NCBI GenBank assembly: GCA_032718475.1
Contig: JAUCBJ010001497.1
Coordinates: 385-64,384 of the forward strand
Direction: 5' to 3'
Source: Nemertoderma westbladi
Taxonomy: Eukaryota; Animalia; Xenacoelomorpha
Length of the DNA stretch: 64,000 nt
The position numbers and the translations under genes were made by a program. Of the stretch, positions 60,701-64,000 are shown piece by piece; positions within the stretch are counted from its first letter, which is position 1; every line of letters begins with the position of its first letter. The notes under the pieces were generated by a model, which did no database searches, was not told the DNA's origin, and worked only from the letters and a program-made list of their open reading frames with translations.

Positions 60701-63700
60701 TCCCTTATATTAGATTCACCTGGCTTCCCCATTCCCCCTTCCCTCCCTTACAGTCCCTTATATTAGACTCACCTGGCTTCCCCATTCCCCCTTCCCTCCC
60801 TTACAGTCCCTTATATTAGATTCACCTGGCTTCCCCATTCCTCCTTCCCTCCCTTACAGTCCCTTATATTAGATTCACCTGGCTTCCCCATTCCCCCTTC
60901 CATCCCTTACAGTCCCTTATATTAGACTCACCTGGCTTCCCCATTCCCCCTTCCCTCCCTTACAGTCCCTTATATTAGATTCACCTGGCTTCCCCATTCC
61001 CCCTTCCATCCCTTACAGTCCCTTATATTAGACTCACCTGGCTTCCCCATTCCTCCTTCCCTCCCTTACAGTCCCTTATATTCGATTCACCTGGCTTCCC
61101 CATTCCCCCTTCCATCCCTTACAGTCCCTTATATTAGACTCACCTGGCTTCCCCATTCCCCCTTCCCTCCCTTACAGTCCCTTATATTAGACTCACCTTG
61201 CTTCCCCATCCCCCCTCCCTTACAGTCCCTTATATTAGACTCACCTGGCTCCCCTCCTTCCCTCCCTTACAGTCCCATATATTAGACTCACCTTGCTTCC
61301 CTATTCCCCCTTCCCTCCCTTATAGTCCCTTATATTAGACTCACCTTGCTTCCCCATCCCCCCTTCCCTCCCTTACAGTCCCTTATATTAGATTCACCTG
61401 GCTTCCCCATTCCCCCTTCCCTCCCTTACAGTCCCTTATATTAGACTCACCTGGCTTCCCCATCCCCCCTTCCCTCCCTTACAGTCCCTTATATTAGACT
61501 CACCTGGCTTCCCCATTCCCCCTTCCCTCCCTAACAGTCCCTTATATTAGACTCACCTGGCTCCCCCCCCCTTCCCTCCCTTACAGTCCCTTATATTAGA
61601 CTCACCTGGCTTCCCCATTCCCCCTTCCCTCCCTTACAGTCCCTTATATTAGACTCACCTGGCTTCCCCATTCCCCCTTCCCTCCCTAACAGTCCCTTAT
61701 ATTAGACTCACCTGGCTTCCCCATCCCCCCTTCCCTCCCTTACAGTCCCTTACAGTCCCTTATATTAGACTCACCTGGCTCCCCCCCCCCCTTCCCTCCC
61801 TTACAGTCCCTTATATTAGACTCACCTGGCTTCCCCATTCCCCCTTCCCTCCCTTACAGTCCCTTATATTAGACTCACCTGGCTTCCCCATTCCCCCTTC
61901 CCTCCCTTACAGTCCCTTATATTAGATTCACCTGGCTTCCCCATTCCCTCTTCCCTCCCTTACAGTCCCTTATATTAGATTCACCTGGCTTCCCCATTCC
62001 TCTTTCCCTCCCTTACAGTCCCTTATATTAGACTCACCAGGCTTCCCCATTCCCCCTTCCCTCCCTTACAGTCCCTTATATTAGATTCACCTGGCTTCCC
62101 CATTCCTCTTTCCCTCCCTTACAGTCCCTTATATTAGACTCACCAGGCTTCCCCATTCCCCCTTCCTTCCCTCCCTTACATTCCCTTATATTAGACTCAC
62201 CTGGCTTCCCCATTCCCCCTTCCCTCCCTTACAGTCCCTTATATTAGACTCACCAGGCTTCCCCATTCCCCCTTCCATCCCTTACAGTCCCTTATATTAG
62301 ACTCACCTGGCTTCCCCATCCCCCCTTCCCTCCCTTACAGTCCCCTTATATTAGACTCACCTGGCTTCCCCATTCCCCCTTCCCTCCCTTACAGTCCCTT
62401 ATATTAGACTCACCTTGCTTCCCCATCCCCCCTCCCTTACAGTCCCTTATATTAGACTCACCTGGCTCCCTTCCTTCCCTCCCTTACAGTCCCATATATT
62501 AGACTCACCTTGCTTCCCTATTCCCCCTTCCCTCCCTTATAGTCCCTTATATTAGACTCACCTTGCTTCCCCATCCCCCCTTCCCTCCCTTACAGTCCCT
62601 TATATTAGATTCACCTGGCTTCCCCATTCCCCCTTCCCTCCCTTACAGTCCCTTATATTAGATTCACCTGGCTTCCCCATTCCCCCTTCCCTCCCTTACA
62701 GTCCCTTATATTAGACTCACCTTGCTTCCCCATCCCCCCTTCCCTCCCTTACAGTCCCTTATATTAGATTCACCTGGCTTCCCCATTCCCCCTTCCCTCC
62801 CTTACAGTCCCTTATATTAGACTCACCTGGCTTCCCCATCCCCCCTTCCATCCCTTATATTAGACTCACCTGGCTTCCCCATTCCCCCTTCCCTCCCTTA
62901 CAGTCCCTTATATTAGACTCACCTTGCTTCCCCATCCCCCCTCCCTTACAGTCCCTTATATTAGACTCACCTGGCTCCCCCCCCTTCCCTCCCTTACAGT
63001 CCCTTATATTAGACTCACCTGGCTTCCCCATTCCCCCTTCCCTCCCTAACAGTCCCTTATATTAGACTCACCTGGCTTCCCCATCCCCCCTTCCCTCCCT
63101 TACAGTCCCTTACAGTCCCTTATATTAGACTCACCTTGCTTCCCTATCCCCCCTCCCTTACAGTCCCTTATAGTAGACTCACCTGGCTCCCCCCCCCCCC
63201 TTCCCTCCCTTACAGTCCCATATATTAGACTCACCTTGCTTCCCTATTCCCCCTTCACTCCCTTATAGTCCCTTATATTAGACTCACCTGGCTTTCCCCA
63301 TCCCCCCTTCCCTCCCTTACAGTCCCTTATATTAGACTCACCTGGCTTCCCCATTTCCCCTTCCCTCCCTAACAGTCCCTTATATTAGACTCACCTGGCT
63401 TCCCCATCCCCCCTTCCCTCCCTTACAGTCCCTTACAGTCCCTTATATTAGACTCACCTTGCTTCCCTATCCCCCCTCCCTTACAGTCCCTTATATTAGA
63501 TTCACCTGGCTTCCCCATTCCTCTTTCCCTCCCTTACAGTCCCTTATATTAGACTCACCAGGCTTCCCCATTCCCCCTTCCCTCCCTTACAGTCCCTTAT
63601 ATTCGATTCACCAGGCTTCCCCATTCCCCCATCCTTCCCTCCCTTACAGTCCCTTATATTAGACTCACCTTGCTTCCCCATTCCCCCTCCCTTACAGTCC

Positions 63701-64000
63701 CTTATATTAGACTCACTGGCTTCCCATTCCCCCTTCCCTCCCTTACAGTCCCTTATATAGACTCACCTGGCTTCCCCCCACCCCCCCCCCCACCCCCCCA
63801 CCTTTACAAGTCCATTGTATTAGACTCACCTGCTTCCCTATTCCCCTTCCCTCCCTTACAGTCCCTTATATTAGACTCACCTGCTTCCCCCATTCCCCCT
63901 CCCTTACAGTCCCTTATATTAGACTCACCTGCTTCCCATTCCCCCTTCCTTCCCTCCCTTACAGTCCCTTATATTAGACTCACCTGGCTTCCCCATTCCC
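57782..64000. repeat. 53-bp C-rich satellite running off the window end
   Basis: Unit CACCTGGCTTCCCCATTCCCCCTTCCCTCCCTTACAGTCCCTTATATTAGACT, >110 copies. Confidence 0.96.

Noticed and set aside
57782-64000. Telomeric repeat
   Set aside because: CCCTTA occurs only as part of a 53-bp unit; there is no pure TTAGGG/TTAGG tract.

Overview
Eukaryotic (metazoan invertebrate-type) genomic DNA, mostly nested retrotransposons and satellites. Main signals: (1) a 5 x 370-bp tandem array (8753-10603) plus an inverted partial copy. Each unit holds a type I hammerhead ribozyme with a palindromic helix III inside a tRNA-like Pol III cassette (A/B boxes, T-run) and a long enclosing stem, i.e. a retrozyme-like element. 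(2) A four-exon, all-phase-0, 231-aa secreted helical protein gene (minus, 29414-42486) with an IL-6-like helix D motif; one exon is absent from the ORF track. (3) A fragmented APE-type LINE whose ORF1 region carries a Ulp1/C48 protease and is split by a CRE-like element that itself contains a solo LTR. (4) An intact LINE with a candidate -1 frameshift site between ORF1 and ORF2. (5) A single-exon galactose-3-O-sulfotransferase. A head-to-head SMART/PacBio amplification adapter pair at 45534-45583 marks a probable chimeric join, so the two sides may not be contiguous in the genome. All calls are by eye, without database searches.
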